This document shows positions 8,331 to 17,379 of a DNA stretch of 64,000 nucleotides, in pieces. The number at the start of each line of letters is the position of its first letter. The first letter of the stretch is position 1. The translations under genes were made by a program, and so were the position numbers. The notes beneath the pieces are model-generated. The model searched no databases. It saw only the letters and a list, made by a program, of their open reading frames with translations, and was not told where the DNA came from. The stretch comes from a virus (Duplodnaviria > Caudoviricetes), in IMG/VR virus record IMGVR_UViG_3300028603_000022, positions 1 through 64,000 of that record, one strand, 5' to 3'.

Positions 8331-10559
8331 TTAACCTCTTATCAGTTTGGATTTATTGTTCCGTTTTTCAACGGTATATGTTCTATCTGGTTGTAGAGAT
8401 AGTTCTTTCGTAGTAAGTGGAGACACTATCAAAACATTTGGTACGGTCTTTTGGAGTTCTGGCATGAAGTCTTGCATCATTTGATGACGGGATTTTTGGT
8501 TTAAATTCGCTTCTAGCTCATCAAGAATTATGGTATTGCAACGTCTATTAGATGGTAGAAGTCTTAACATAGCTAATCCAGCTAGTAGCTGCCATCTACG
8601 TTGTTCTGAACCGGATAGTGTATAGGCATCACCTACTTTGTTATTTCGATGAATAATAACTTCACACTTTCTAGGACCAGTCTCAATTTCAAATTTGAAG
8701 GGCTCTCTCCATAGTAACGGAGCTAAGTCATTTAGATTATCTACGAATAGCTCTAGAGTAGATTCCAGCCTCTTAGTTCTAAATCCATCTCTACCTAGAG
8801 CTTTTTTCAACACAGTTAGAATCTTGTAATCTCTATTATATTTACGGAGGTCTAATACCTGTTCTTTCAAAGCTTTACGCTCTCTACGATACTTTTCATA
8901 GAGCTTAGAATTAGTTTCAACATTTATTATGTCATCGTTTAGATCACTCTGTTTTTCATAAAGAGAAGAAAGTTTACGCTCGATAGCGTTGATTAGCTTA
9001 GTAAGTTCTTTCTTTGACTTACTGAAATACTCATTCTCTTGAATATCTTCCATACGCTTCTGTACGTCTTTATATACCTTAGCGTCTATTAACTGCTTCT
9101 CTATAGTCTTCTTACGTTGGATAGCTAATTTTAGTTCGTTCTTATCGAATTGTACATCTTTCAGTTTAGGTAACTCATTTAGCTTTTCTTTAATAGAAAG
9201 ATATTCATTAGCGTAGTGAAGAACCTTGTTCAGTTTGGTTATTTTAGATTCAAGCTCGTCTACTTCTATGTATTCAGCTAGGTTAATAGATCTTGCTTTG
9301 TGAATTTTAAGATACAACTCAACTTTATTCAGCCGATTAGATAGTTTTTCTGTTTCTTTAGCTATTCTTTCTAGGTCTTTTTTAGAATGTTTAGTAGATG
9401 ACCCACACACCTGACAATATTCTTCACCGCTTTCATGCGCGGACACAGAAAGATTATTTAAGGTGATAGCTTTACTTAATCTTTCTTTTTTACGCTTTAA
9501 CTCGTTTATAGAAGGAATATCGTAATTTTTGTGTTTTTTCAAGAATTTCCGTAGTGAAGACTGTTCTTCATATAACTCGTTGGAAATCTTGGATTCTCGT
9601 ATCTGGTTTTTCAAGCTCTCAATTTTGATACCCAAAATACCTGCTACTTTGATAGGATTTACTGCCTTAAATGAGGCAACTAAGCAGGACTTTTTATACT
9701 GTTTTTTGACCCCTGTAGATTTACCCTCTAGGTCCAAAATCCGGGTTTTTAGGTCTTTTTGAGTCTGAAATTTCGATTTTTTGTCTTCTAAATCCTCAAT
9801 AATGGCTTCTAAGTCTTCTAATTTGATTTTTAGCTCTTTATACGAATATTTAGACGGTTTTACATCTGGAATATCAGTTTTATTAGATAAAGCGTATTCT
9901 ACCTTGGTCTTTTTACGTTCTAGAGACTTAATTTCTTCTACAATACTATTTATTTCATTACGTAGTTCTTTTACATCGACAGGTGAAGCTTCTATCACTT
10001 CCATGCTATCAAACTGATTACGTAGAAGCGTGTATTTAGTATTATTCTCTTTTGCTTCTTTTATTTGCTTATCTACATCGTGAATATATGAATCTAACAG
10101 AGAGGCGTATGCTAGGGTTTCATGTATCCAATCTAATCTGGAAGCTGGCTTACCAGTAGACAATGGATGTCTATTAAGACCTGAAAGAGAAACTGTAGTA
10201 GTAAACAGGCTTTCTTGGATATTATTAGACCAGTGTTTAGCTATAATAGATTTAGCATCCGCTATACGCTCTGTTTTTTGTTCTTTGTTATCGATGGATA
10301 TTTCATATCGATTAGTTTTCTTACCTAGATTGAAAACTGTGAAATCATATTCATGGTATTCATTATAGAAAGAAAGAGAGGCTCTAGCAGACTTAGGAAG
10401 ATAATTTTCATCGTAGAGAAGCGGCAAAAGCGAAGAAAACAATAGTGACTTACCACTACCGTTATCTCCGTGAATATGCGTTATACCTTTTTCAAACACA
10501 AATTCCTGTTCATCCCAAAGTAGAAAATTTGTGAGCTGAAGTTTATCAAAATTATACAT
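8331..10559 (-). CDS. SbcC/Rad50/gp46-like ATPase
   Basis: Walker A GDNGSGKS, coiled coil, CQVC zinc hook, LSGSE signature, IILDE Walker B. Confidence 0.92.
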   Translation of the reverse strand: MYNFDKLQLTNFLLWDEQEFVFEKGITHIHGDNGSGKSLLFSSLLPLLYDENYLPKSARASLSFYNEYHEYDFTVFNLGKKTNRYEISIDNKEQKTERIADAKSIIAKHWSNNIQESLFTTTVSLSGLNRHPLSTGKPASRLDWIHETLAYASLLDSYIHDVDKQIKEAKENNTKYTLLRNQFDSMEVIEASPVDVKELRNEINSIVEEIKSLERKKTKVEYALSNKTDIPDVKPSKYSYKELKIKLEDLEAIIEDLEDKKSKFQTQKDLKTRILDLEGKSTGVKKQYKKSCLVASFKAVNPIKVAGILGIKIESLKNQIRESKISNELYEEQSSLRKFLKKHKNYDIPSINELKRKKERLSKAITLNNLSVSAHESGEEYCQVCGSSTKHSKKDLERIAKETEKLSNRLNKVELYLKIHKARSINLAEYIEVDELESKITKLNKVLHYANEYLSIKEKLNELPKLKDVQFDKNELKLAIQRKKTIEKQLIDAKVYKDVQKRMEDIQENEYFSKSKKELTKLINAIERKLSSLYEKQSDLNDDIINVETNSKLYEKYRRERKALKEQVLDLRKYNRDYKILTVLKKALGRDGFRTKRLESTLELFVDNLNDLAPLLWREPFKFEIETGPRKCEVIIHRNNKVGDAYTLSGSEQRRWQLLAGLAMLRLLPSNRRCNTIILDELEANLNQKSRHQMMQDFMPELQKTVPNVLIVSPLTTKELSLQPDRTYTVEKRNNKSKLIRG

Positions 10560-10568
10560 AAATAAACT

Positions 10569-10997
10569 TTATTTTATAAAAGAAATAAGGTACAGACTTA
10601 GTAATACTATTATTCCTACAATTACAATTATAATTATATCATTAGTATCCATTTTATTGCCCATTAAATATTTTATTTTAGTATAAGATTTCCCTTTATC
10701 TGGATTCCATAAATTCCATTTATCTATTACTTCCTGTCTAGTCTTAGCTCTAAGTTCTAGAGGAGCTTCAATGCACATATGGCCATGACAATATCGCTTT
10801 AATGCACCAAAATCGTTATCTTCCAAAAGGTCAGTCTTACCACACCAATGCGATAACAAATAACCACCTTCTTCATATGAATCTTTTGTAGGTATATAAT
10901 ACTTATTTATATAAGTAACCGCTAAGTCAGAGCGTGAACATCGAATACAAGGATTACATTCACTAGGTAATGGTTCACTTCTCAATGTTTGTCGCAT
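10569..10997 (-). CDS. Hypothetical Cys-rich protein with C-terminal TM helix
   Basis: CxxC and H/C pattern, then KWN; hydrophobic C-terminus. Confidence 0.6.
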   Translation of the reverse strand: MRQTLRSEPLPSECNPCIRCSRSDLAVTYINKYYIPTKDSYEEGGYLLSHWCGKTDLLEDNDFGALKRYCHGHMCIEAPLELRAKTRQEVIDKWNLWNPDKGKSYTKIKYLMGNKMDTNDIIIIVIVGIIVLLSLYLISFIK

Positions 10998-11535
10998 TAT
11001 AATTATCCGCTAAAACATGTAGAATGGCTTTTTCAATAGCCTGCTCCCAAACAGGTCTACCAGCATAATCATTAAGATCTCTAGCAAATTCTATAGATTT
11101 TGAAATTATTTCAGAAGATAGATCTTTGATGTTATATTTAGGCGTTTCCGAGATAGGTAAGGCGGAACCAGTAGGCTTGTTAGCTTGCTTTTCTCGTATC
11201 TTATCTATGTTGTCCCAGATTCGGTCTAGTTCTTTTTCAGCACAATGCTTAACACGTAGATCATGGGCTGAACAATACGCCGCTAAGGTAACGGATACAC
11301 CACCTACTTCTTGTTCAGGATCTCCAATAGGTCGATTATACACGTAATCAGTCAATGCTTGAACACGTTCACGCGAGTATCCACCAGATTGTAGTAGTTC
11401 TAAAGATTCTTCTAGAAACCTATCCCCACGTTCTAGCTTGTCTTTACTAATTTCTTCTCCGAAACAAGAAAGCATCCACAGATCGACTTTTGTTTGAAAA
11501 TCACCTATTAGCGCGTCTTTAATTGGATACTTCAT
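10975..11535 (-). CDS. MazG-like/NTP-pyrophosphatase-fold phage protein
   Basis: RFLEESLEL...QEVGGV helical acidic pattern. Confidence 0.45.
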   Translation of the reverse strand: MKYPIKDALIGDFQTKVDLWMLSCFGEEISKDKLERGDRFLEESLELLQSGGYSRERVQALTDYVYNRPIGDPEQEVGGVSVTLAAYCSAHDLRVKHCAEKELDRIWDNIDKIREKQANKPTGSALPISETPKYNIKDLSSEIISKSIEFARDLNDYAGRPVWEQAIEKAILHVLADNYNATNIEK

Positions 11536-12476
11536 ACCCGTTCCTTCCTACCAAGTTTCTTAAAAGCAATCTTTACTTCTTTATCGCTCAAACCTTCATC
11601 TCTTAGATAATCGCCTAATCCAGAAAGAGGGTCATCAGATGCAACTTGCTTCATCAAGATTTTAGCTCTTTTAGAAGAAGATTTTTCTGTATGGTGTCTT
11701 ACTATGTGCGTATATTTAACAGCCCAATCGGGAGGAAGTTTTACCTTCCTACTTATATTTACCGACCAGTAACTTGATGGGGAGAGATTATTAAGATCGT
11801 CTAAGCTATCTATTGAAGCGCGTTCTAGAAGAATATCAGGTTGAACACCTATTAGCTTTGGTGTTTCATCTAATCGGATATACGCTTTATCAGTTGACTC
11901 ATGCCATTTTACTTGACATAGAGATCCAGCGTATATGTAATTCTTACCTTTTTGCGGAGTATGATAGTCACCTAGAATCCATCTACCTTTAGGTGAGTTA
12001 CCGCTCTTGATAGAATGGCCATTATCTCCTTTTGCTCCATCGTACCCAAAATGCCCGAAAGAATATCGAACACCTTTAGGTTGATCCATTATATATGGAT
12101 GCGGGCAGAAGAAGTATTTGTCACCGTCAATTTTTACTATTTCTGGTTTCTTTATAACTGAACCGTTGATGAAACCAGTTTTACATAGAAAAGATATAAA
12201 GCGTAACGAATTGTTTCTTACATCTGCGAAATCATGGTTCCCCATCAAAATAGTAAGAGGAACAGAAACTTTCTTTAGCGACTTTATATAATCGGTAACG
12301 TGATATTGTTCTGGATAGGGTGAATTGAAAGAATCTCCCAATTGAATAAGATGAGAAGCTCCGTTGTCTATTTCTCTTTGAACAACTCTATCAAAAGTAG
12401 ATAGAATTTTCTTGTACGCATCTGGTATATGTTTATCCAGAGCCTCGATGTGGAGGTCGCCTATGCAAATAATCAT
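11532..12476 (-). CDS. SbcD/Mre11/gp47-like nuclease
   Basis: GDLH, LGD, GNHD, GH, GDYH, YAGS calcineurin-like phosphoesterase motifs; near SbcC. Confidence 0.92.
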   Translation of the reverse strand: MIICIGDLHIEALDKHIPDAYKKILSTFDRVVQREIDNGASHLIQLGDSFNSPYPEQYHVTDYIKSLKKVSVPLTILMGNHDFADVRNNSLRFISFLCKTGFINGSVIKKPEIVKIDGDKYFFCPHPYIMDQPKGVRYSFGHFGYDGAKGDNGHSIKSGNSPKGRWILGDYHTPQKGKNYIYAGSLCQVKWHESTDKAYIRLDETPKLIGVQPDILLERASIDSLDDLNNLSPSSYWSVNISRKVKLPPDWAVKYTHIVRHHTEKSSSKRAKILMKQVASDDPLSGLGDYLRDEGLSDKEVKIAFKKLGRKERV

Positions 12477-12479
12477 GAA

Positions 12480-13016
12480 TCAACTTTTGAAATTTTTAAC
12501 GTATTCATCTACTTCTGGCATAATTTCTGCTGCCTTACCGATAAATTCTTTGTGGTAGAATCCTTGTTTTCTAGGGTGTTCAGTATTTACCCAAACAAGG
12601 TGGCATGGTTTGCGCCTCAAAGCTCTTTCTATGTTGATAACCTGATTAGATGTGCCAATAACTAAGAAAATGGTTTCAGGTTCTAGGAAAACTACGGTTT
12701 CCCATAAAATAGCGTAACTTGGAGCAAGTTCTCCAAAAAATACTACAGTAGGTTTGTATGAATTGTACGCCCCACACCCACATTGGATGGATACATCGAA
12801 ATGTCCATACCCTATATATTCTTCTTTACCACAAGAAATACATTTTATACCCGCTAATTCACCGTGTAGATGGATAACATCCTTGCACCCAGCTCGCTCA
12901 AACAGGTCATCTACATTCTGTGTTAGATTAGTAAGATCTAAGTCTCTTTCCCAGCTAGCTACTATCTCATGTGCTTTATTAGGTTTAGCTTCCCCTAAAT
13001 TTCTTCTACGCTCATT
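12480..13016 (-). pseudogene. Sir2/CobB NAD-dependent deacylase, N-terminally truncated by the IS
   Basis: Not in the ORF track. Manual translation: NERRRNLGEAKPNKAH...TQNVDDLFERAG...IHLHGEL..CISC...KPTVVFFGE...VIGTS...VN. The GAGxS N-terminus is missing and the frame abuts the IS left end. Confidence 0.9.
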
Positions 13017-13131
13017 AGAGACTGTCTCAAAAGTCCCAACAGTCCGAAAGTCCCAACGGTCGGATTCCGAAATCCCCTAGCCAACGAGGATAGCCCGATT
13101 TAGGCTGCCTTGGGTAACGGGGGTAAGGGTT

Positions 13132-13620
13132 GTGGATATCAAATCGATCAAAATGGAAGAAGCTGACTTAAATCAAGCAGTCGGACACGCAATTAGTCAA
13201 TGGTCAAAACTAGAATTTATTCTAGCTAATTTGTTTTCAGAGGCAATTGGTCTTGATTTAAAGTTATCTGTAAAATTACTATCACTTAGTCGGAATTTTG
13301 ATTTCCTAATCAGGGCGACAGATGTCGCTGTAAAAAACAAAAGCGGCATAAATATTAAAGAATGGGATAATTTACGTAAATATATAAAAGACCTATCGGA
13401 AAAACGTAATCTCCTATCGCATACTTCCGTTATTGTTCAAGGATCAGAAGATTCAACAGCGCGTCGCTTTATTCCCAAAGTCGGACCAAAGATTAAAGAC
13501 ATGCTCCTTGGAGAAATGGAATCTGAGTCCTTATCTAAGGATGATATTATAAATTTCACAAATAGTATAAACGATGCATTGGAAAGGACTAAAATTTTAT
13601 TGAAAAGTCTCAGATCGTAA
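13132..13620 (+). CDS. IS passenger, HEPN-like protein
   Basis: Helical protein with WSKLE..L and KRNLLSH (R-N-x3-H). Confidence 0.55.
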   Translation: MDIKSIKMEEADLNQAVGHAISQWSKLEFILANLFSEAIGLDLKLSVKLLSLSRNFDFLIRATDVAVKNKSGINIKEWDNLRKYIKDLSEKRNLLSHTSVIVQGSEDSTARRFIPKVGPKIKDMLLGEMESESLSKDDIINFTNSINDALERTKILLKSLRS

Positions 13621-13803
13621 AAGCATACCAACATATATTTCATATATTAATTCATCGGCATCAAAATAGTAATCCTGAAATTCTCTCTTCAAAATGCGGC
13701 TTCCAAATTTAATCATATCATCATTTATTTTAATATTATTATTCTTACAAAAGAGTATTATTTCTTCTTTAGAACAGAGGTCTGGGTAATTCATTGGTAT
13801 CAT
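13597..13803 (-). CDS. IS passenger, small hypothetical protein
   Basis: 68-aa ORF downstream of the transposase, preceded by ACCGTAAA at 13832-13839. Confidence 0.5.
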   Translation of the reverse strand: MIPMNYPDLCSKEEIILFCKNNNIKINDDMIKFGSRILKREFQDYYFDADELIYEIYVGMLLRSETFQ

Positions 13804-13848
13804 TCCATAAATAGTGTTTCTACACTTCCTATTTACGGTAGTGGCGTT

Positions 13849-14655
13849 CTAGGGTCGGAGCTTCTTCAACACCATCGCAATTGATGCGATACGGATCATC
13901 CCCAGCGACGAAGACTTCAACCGTTCATGGTCCTTGTCGAGACGGCGGTAGTCCGCCAGCCACGCGAAGGTCCGTTCCACAACCCATCGCTTCTTGGCAG
14001 GTATGAACTTCTTGAATTTCTGCGCAAGGTTGACGGCAATCTCAACAGTGGCGCCAATTTTCTCGTGCACCCAATCCGCGAATGGCTTTCCTGAATACCC
14101 ACCATCCGCGTAGAGCTGCTTGATGGGTTTCGTAATCCAGCTCGCAACGCGGGAGAGAACCTTCTTGCCGCCTTCCTTGTCGTGAACATTTGCGGCCGTG
14201 ACAGCTACGTCTACTGGTAATCCCAGCGTGTCCGTCACCAAATGACGTTTCCGTCCTTTGACCTTCTTTCCTCCGTCGTAACCGCGATCACCGCCTGCTT
14301 TTCCTGTTTTCACGGATTGGGAGTCGATGCACAAAACGGACGGAGAAACGTCGCGTTCATTTTCAAAACGGTACATTCGATATAGCGCGCGATACACGCG
14401 ACGGAATGTGCCGTCCTTTCTCCACTTCGTGAAATACCCATTGACAGTTTGATACGGAGGAAAATTGATGGGTAATTGCCGCCACTGACAACCAGTTCGC
14501 GCGAGATAGAAAAGTGCGTTTATCACTTCTCGAATATCGGTTGTGCGTGGTCGTCCACCCGGTTTCGGGGCTGGAATAAGCGGCTCAATCAACTCCCATT
14601 GTTCATCTGATAAATCACTCGGGTAAAATCGCATGTTCCTGTCCACTCCAGTCAA
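13849..14655 (-). CDS. tnp: IS5 family transposase
   Basis: YPSDLSDEQW, GGRPR, TGCQWR, IDSQSVK, KGRKRH, ADGGY, RWVVERTFAW, RRLDKD. The true start is probably the MRFYP ATG. Confidence 0.97.
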   Translation of the reverse strand: MTGVDRNMRFYPSDLSDEQWELIEPLIPAPKPGGRPRTTDIREVINALFYLARTGCQWRQLPINFPPYQTVNGYFTKWRKDGTFRRVYRALYRMYRFENERDVSPSVLCIDSQSVKTGKAGGDRGYDGGKKVKGRKRHLVTDTLGLPVDVAVTAANVHDKEGGKKVLSRVASWITKPIKQLYADGGYSGKPFADWVHEKIGATVEIAVNLAQKFKKFIPAKKRWVVERTFAWLADYRRLDKDHERLKSSSLGMIRIASIAMVLKKLRP

Positions 14656-14673
14656 TTGCTTGGCTGAAGGTCG

Positions 14674-14683
14674 TTTACGGTCA
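14674..14683 (-). promoter_or_regulatory. TGACCGTAAA motif upstream of the transposase
   Basis: Identical to the motif before several phage replication genes, on the coding strand. Confidence 0.45.
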
Positions 14684-15000
14684 GGAATATTGTATTTGGA
14701 TCGAGTCTGGGCTCAACGCATATTATGCAAATAAATCAATTGGTTACGTGTAATTTCGATTCGATCTGGCTTGACTTGGATTCATCATTCTGATATATAG
14801 ATCAATGCCGCTTGGTCGCGGCTGACAGCGAGGCCATCCCATGTCGGGTGGCCTGCAAAATACAACACCCGACATCCGTGGGCGCGGAAGCGTGCGCGGG
14901 TGGGGAAATATGCAGGGCATGTTCCAGCCTCGCTGTCCATGCGACCAACCACCTGACGCCAGGTGGAACGGTGAAACTTGGTCGCAAAGATGGGTGGGGC

Positions 15001-15432
15001 ATGAAAAAGAAAGCTACATACACCATAATTGGTGTGGGAGTAGTTGCGCTACTGACAGGTTACAATTTTCAGAATGACGTGAATCTAGAAATAACTGTGA
15101 GGGGTGATATAGAACAAATTATATGTATTGCGAATAATGATGAGCGCGATGTAGCAATTTCGTCGGTTATTGTAAACAAGAGAAAAACAGTTGAATGTGA
15201 ATTTATTTCAATCAAATCCGACGATTCAGATGGGGTTGGCATTTTACCTATAGATTATGCCGCGTCTTTCACGAATAACAGCTATAAAATATCCCCTTTA
15301 ACAATTCAGTATGGATATAATATTTGCGTACGCACCTTCATGAGGTGCGGGAAAGTGCTCCATGTCGGAATAAATACAGACATGGGAAATTATGATTATG
15401 AAATAACGTATTCGGATATAGGTGACTCATGA
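15001..15432 (+). CDS. IS passenger, putative exported protein
   Basis: MKKKATYTIIGVGVVALL signal-like start at 15001 (the track ORF extends upstream to 14812). Confidence 0.55.
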   Translation: MKKKATYTIIGVGVVALLTGYNFQNDVNLEITVRGDIEQIICIANNDERDVAISSVIVNKRKTVECEFISIKSDDSDGVGILPIDYAASFTNNSYKISPLTIQYGYNICVRTFMRCGKVLHVGINTDMGNYDYEITYSDIGDS

Positions 15433-16028
15433 GAAAAGTCGCTATATCAATTATGTTTCTTATCCAGTCTTGCATTCCTTCTTATTCCGAAAGCCCGCTT
15501 GAAATTAACTACGGAAAATGGAGTCTTTTTATAGGATATAAGAATCAATTACCGCACTGCATAATGAAAACACATCAAGATTCCATCGACATATCAATTA
15601 TGTATACCGCGGATTACGTAAGAAGTAATTGGATCAAGCATTATATAATGGAATTTGATTCGACCAATATTAATAGTTGGTCTGGAGAGATAGAAATTGA
15701 CTTTAGATTCTTGAGCGACGCCGTTCAAGCCAAAGGACATAATAATAACGGAAAGATAGTCGTCGCAGGTGATAATTTTGATAAGATGGATGATTTTTTA
15801 AATTTGTTTTTTCGGCATAGTTTGATGGGGGTTGAATTTCATAACACGTATATACCAAAAAAGCAGATTGATATAGGTGGAACCATTAATATGAAGCGCT
15901 CATTCGAGTTCTGCGTCGGGATTGTAGATGAGTATGGGAAGCAGATTATTATCTCACCGGAGCTTCATCTAAAGAATTTCTTGATAGACAGCTCGGAAGG
16001 GAATCTTATTCATAGATACAAGGAATAG
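15429..16028 (+). CDS. IS passenger, putative exported protein
   Basis: Signal-peptide-like N-terminus, then YGKW...C; ATGA overlap with the previous gene. Confidence 0.6.
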   Translation: MRKVAISIMFLIQSCIPSYSESPLEINYGKWSLFIGYKNQLPHCIMKTHQDSIDISIMYTADYVRSNWIKHYIMEFDSTNINSWSGEIEIDFRFLSDAVQAKGHNNNGKIVVAGDNFDKMDDFLNLFFRHSLMGVEFHNTYIPKKQIDIGGTINMKRSFEFCVGIVDEYGKQIIISPELHLKNFLIDSSEGNLIHRYKE

Positions 16029-16053
16029 GTTGTCAGGAATTTTCTCCAAGGAG

Positions 16054-16076
16054 GGAGGGTTTCACCCTCCTTTTTT
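16054..16076 (+). terminator. Intrinsic terminator inside the IS right end
   Basis: GGAGGGT-ttc-ACCCTCC followed by T6. Confidence 0.75.
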
Positions 16077-16106
16077 ATTGTGCCGCAGGACTTTTGAGAC
16101 AGTCTC

Positions 16107-16330
16107 TTAGTTTCTGTTCTAGACTTATCCCTCCATAAAGAAGATTGTAAATACACTTTTCCATAAGGCCCTAATTGAGTTTCCTCTCCGCATGATTGAT
16201 ATAACACTCTTTTTAATTTATGATCTACTAATTGAAATTCAAATTCTTTTTTACCATTAAAAGTATCTATAAGGTACATTAAAGATGTATCACCTAAGTT
16301 ATAAAGGACTTTGTTTTTAGGAGATACCAT
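16107..16330 (-). pseudogene. Phage hypothetical gene cut by the IS right end
   Basis: ORF 16010..16330 reads into the IS terminal repeat (KRLSQKS is IR-derived). Confidence 0.5.
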
Positions 16331-16411
16331 TTCGGTATATAAGACAGGTGTTCCTCATCTGATTCAATACCCTTTAAACTTTTCGATGACAATCTCATCG
16401 GCGATGCTTTT

Positions 16412-16618
16412 TCAATCATGGTATAATTCCTTAAATTTTGAGAGTTCAACTATATTTGTAAATTCTGACCTTACCAGAAACGGCGAGAAGTCTACTTTAG
16501 TTTTTGTGAATCTATCTGAATATTTGCTTTCTGGTATCATAACTACATATTTGCTCCCTATGTCAATAATTACATTTGGTACGCCTTTATAAGTTACTTT
16601 ATCCCCAATCGCTACCAT
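16412..16618 (-). CDS. Small SH3/KOW-like hypothetical protein
   Basis: IGDKVTYKG..VIIDIG pattern; AAGGA RBS. Confidence 0.6.
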   Translation of the reverse strand: MVAIGDKVTYKGVPNVIIDIGSKYVVMIPESKYSDRFTKTKVDFSPFLVRSEFTNIVELSKFKELYHD

Positions 16619-16630
16619 ACAAATTATCCT

Positions 16631-16768
16631 TTACTTAAACACATATACGAATCTATGCCCATTCCAGTAAACATAACGCCTACCTTCTATGTAATCAATA
16701 AGGTAAGGAGTAGGGTTGCGAAACCCATACATATGCAGGATCAAAAATACTGCTCTAATACTGTTCAT
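16631..16768 (-). CDS. Small hypothetical protein (45 aa)
   Basis: Manual ORF MNSIRAVF...RFVYVFK fills the gap between neighbouring genes. Confidence 0.45.
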   Translation of the reverse strand: MNSIRAVFLILHMYGFRNPTPYLIDYIEGRRYVYWNGHRFVYVFK

Positions 16769-17180
16769 TTAAATTGATCCTGTCTAAAGAATCCTTATGA
16801 TAAATAAGCCCGCCAGAATAAATTATTTTCTTATTAAGAAGCTTTTTATAATTATAAATAAATAAATTCAATCTAGTAGGTTCACTAGTTTCCACAACCG
16901 AATCGAAAATTCTGACACCTGAATATTGAGTAATATCAAATGCTAAACGCTCATATGTTACACCATTATTATTTTTAACATTTGTTTCTATCAGAAATCT
17001 AATATGTCTAGCTGCCTTACTATAGTTGAATATATAGTATCTTTTTGCGAACCAAATAGCAAAAGAAACAATCAATATTGTAACAAATGCTATAAAAATT
17101 ATAAAACTCGCTGCGTATTTAGCTAACCAGAAATTGATAAATTCCAACACTGTACTTCTCCTAAAATTTAACGAAATCAT
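16755..17180 (-). CDS. Hypothetical membrane protein
   Basis: One TM helix; overlapping operon arrangement. Confidence 0.6.
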   Translation of the reverse strand: MISLNFRRSTVLEFINFWLAKYAASFIIFIAFVTILIVSFAIWFAKRYYIFNYSKAARHIRFLIETNVKNNNGVTYERLAFDITQYSGVRIFDSVVETSEPTRLNLFIYNYKKLLNKKIIYSGGLIYHKDSLDRINLNEQY

Positions 17181-17379
17181 TATTACACAGTTTAGTAAGC
17201 CATAAAGCTCCTATTACTCTATGGTGCTTCCAATATGGTTTACTACATATGTCACATATACAATCACCGCTAGCTCTATACCAAGCATTTTCTTCTAGAA
17301 CTCTAACTGTTTCGTCGGTTCTCAGCACTTCTGCATTGCCGTATTCATCATGTTGATTTCTGATTTCCAGCGATACCAT
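17161..17379 (-). CDS. Small Zn-finger hypothetical protein
   Basis: CDIC...H...C pattern. Confidence 0.6.
   Translation of the reverse strand: MVSLEIRNQHDEYGNAEVLRTDETVRVLEENAWYRASGDCICDICSKPYWKHHRVIGALWLTKLCNNDFVKF

Larger units (their letters stand above)
13018..16106. mobile_element. IS5-family (IS1031-like) element with passenger genes, 3089 bp
   Basis: Perfect 19-bp terminal inverted repeats GAGACTGTCTCAAAAGTCC (13018-13036 and 16088-16106), TTA on both flanks, central DDE transposase with higher GC than the phage DNA. Confidence 0.9.

Noticed and set aside
12429-13080. Plus-strand ORFs 12429..12665 and 12754..13080
   Set aside because: Antisense to the Sir2 fragment.
14705-14748. 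dif-like site (ATATTATGCAAAT) inside the IS
   Set aside because: Only the XerD-like half is plausible; the XerC arm does not match.
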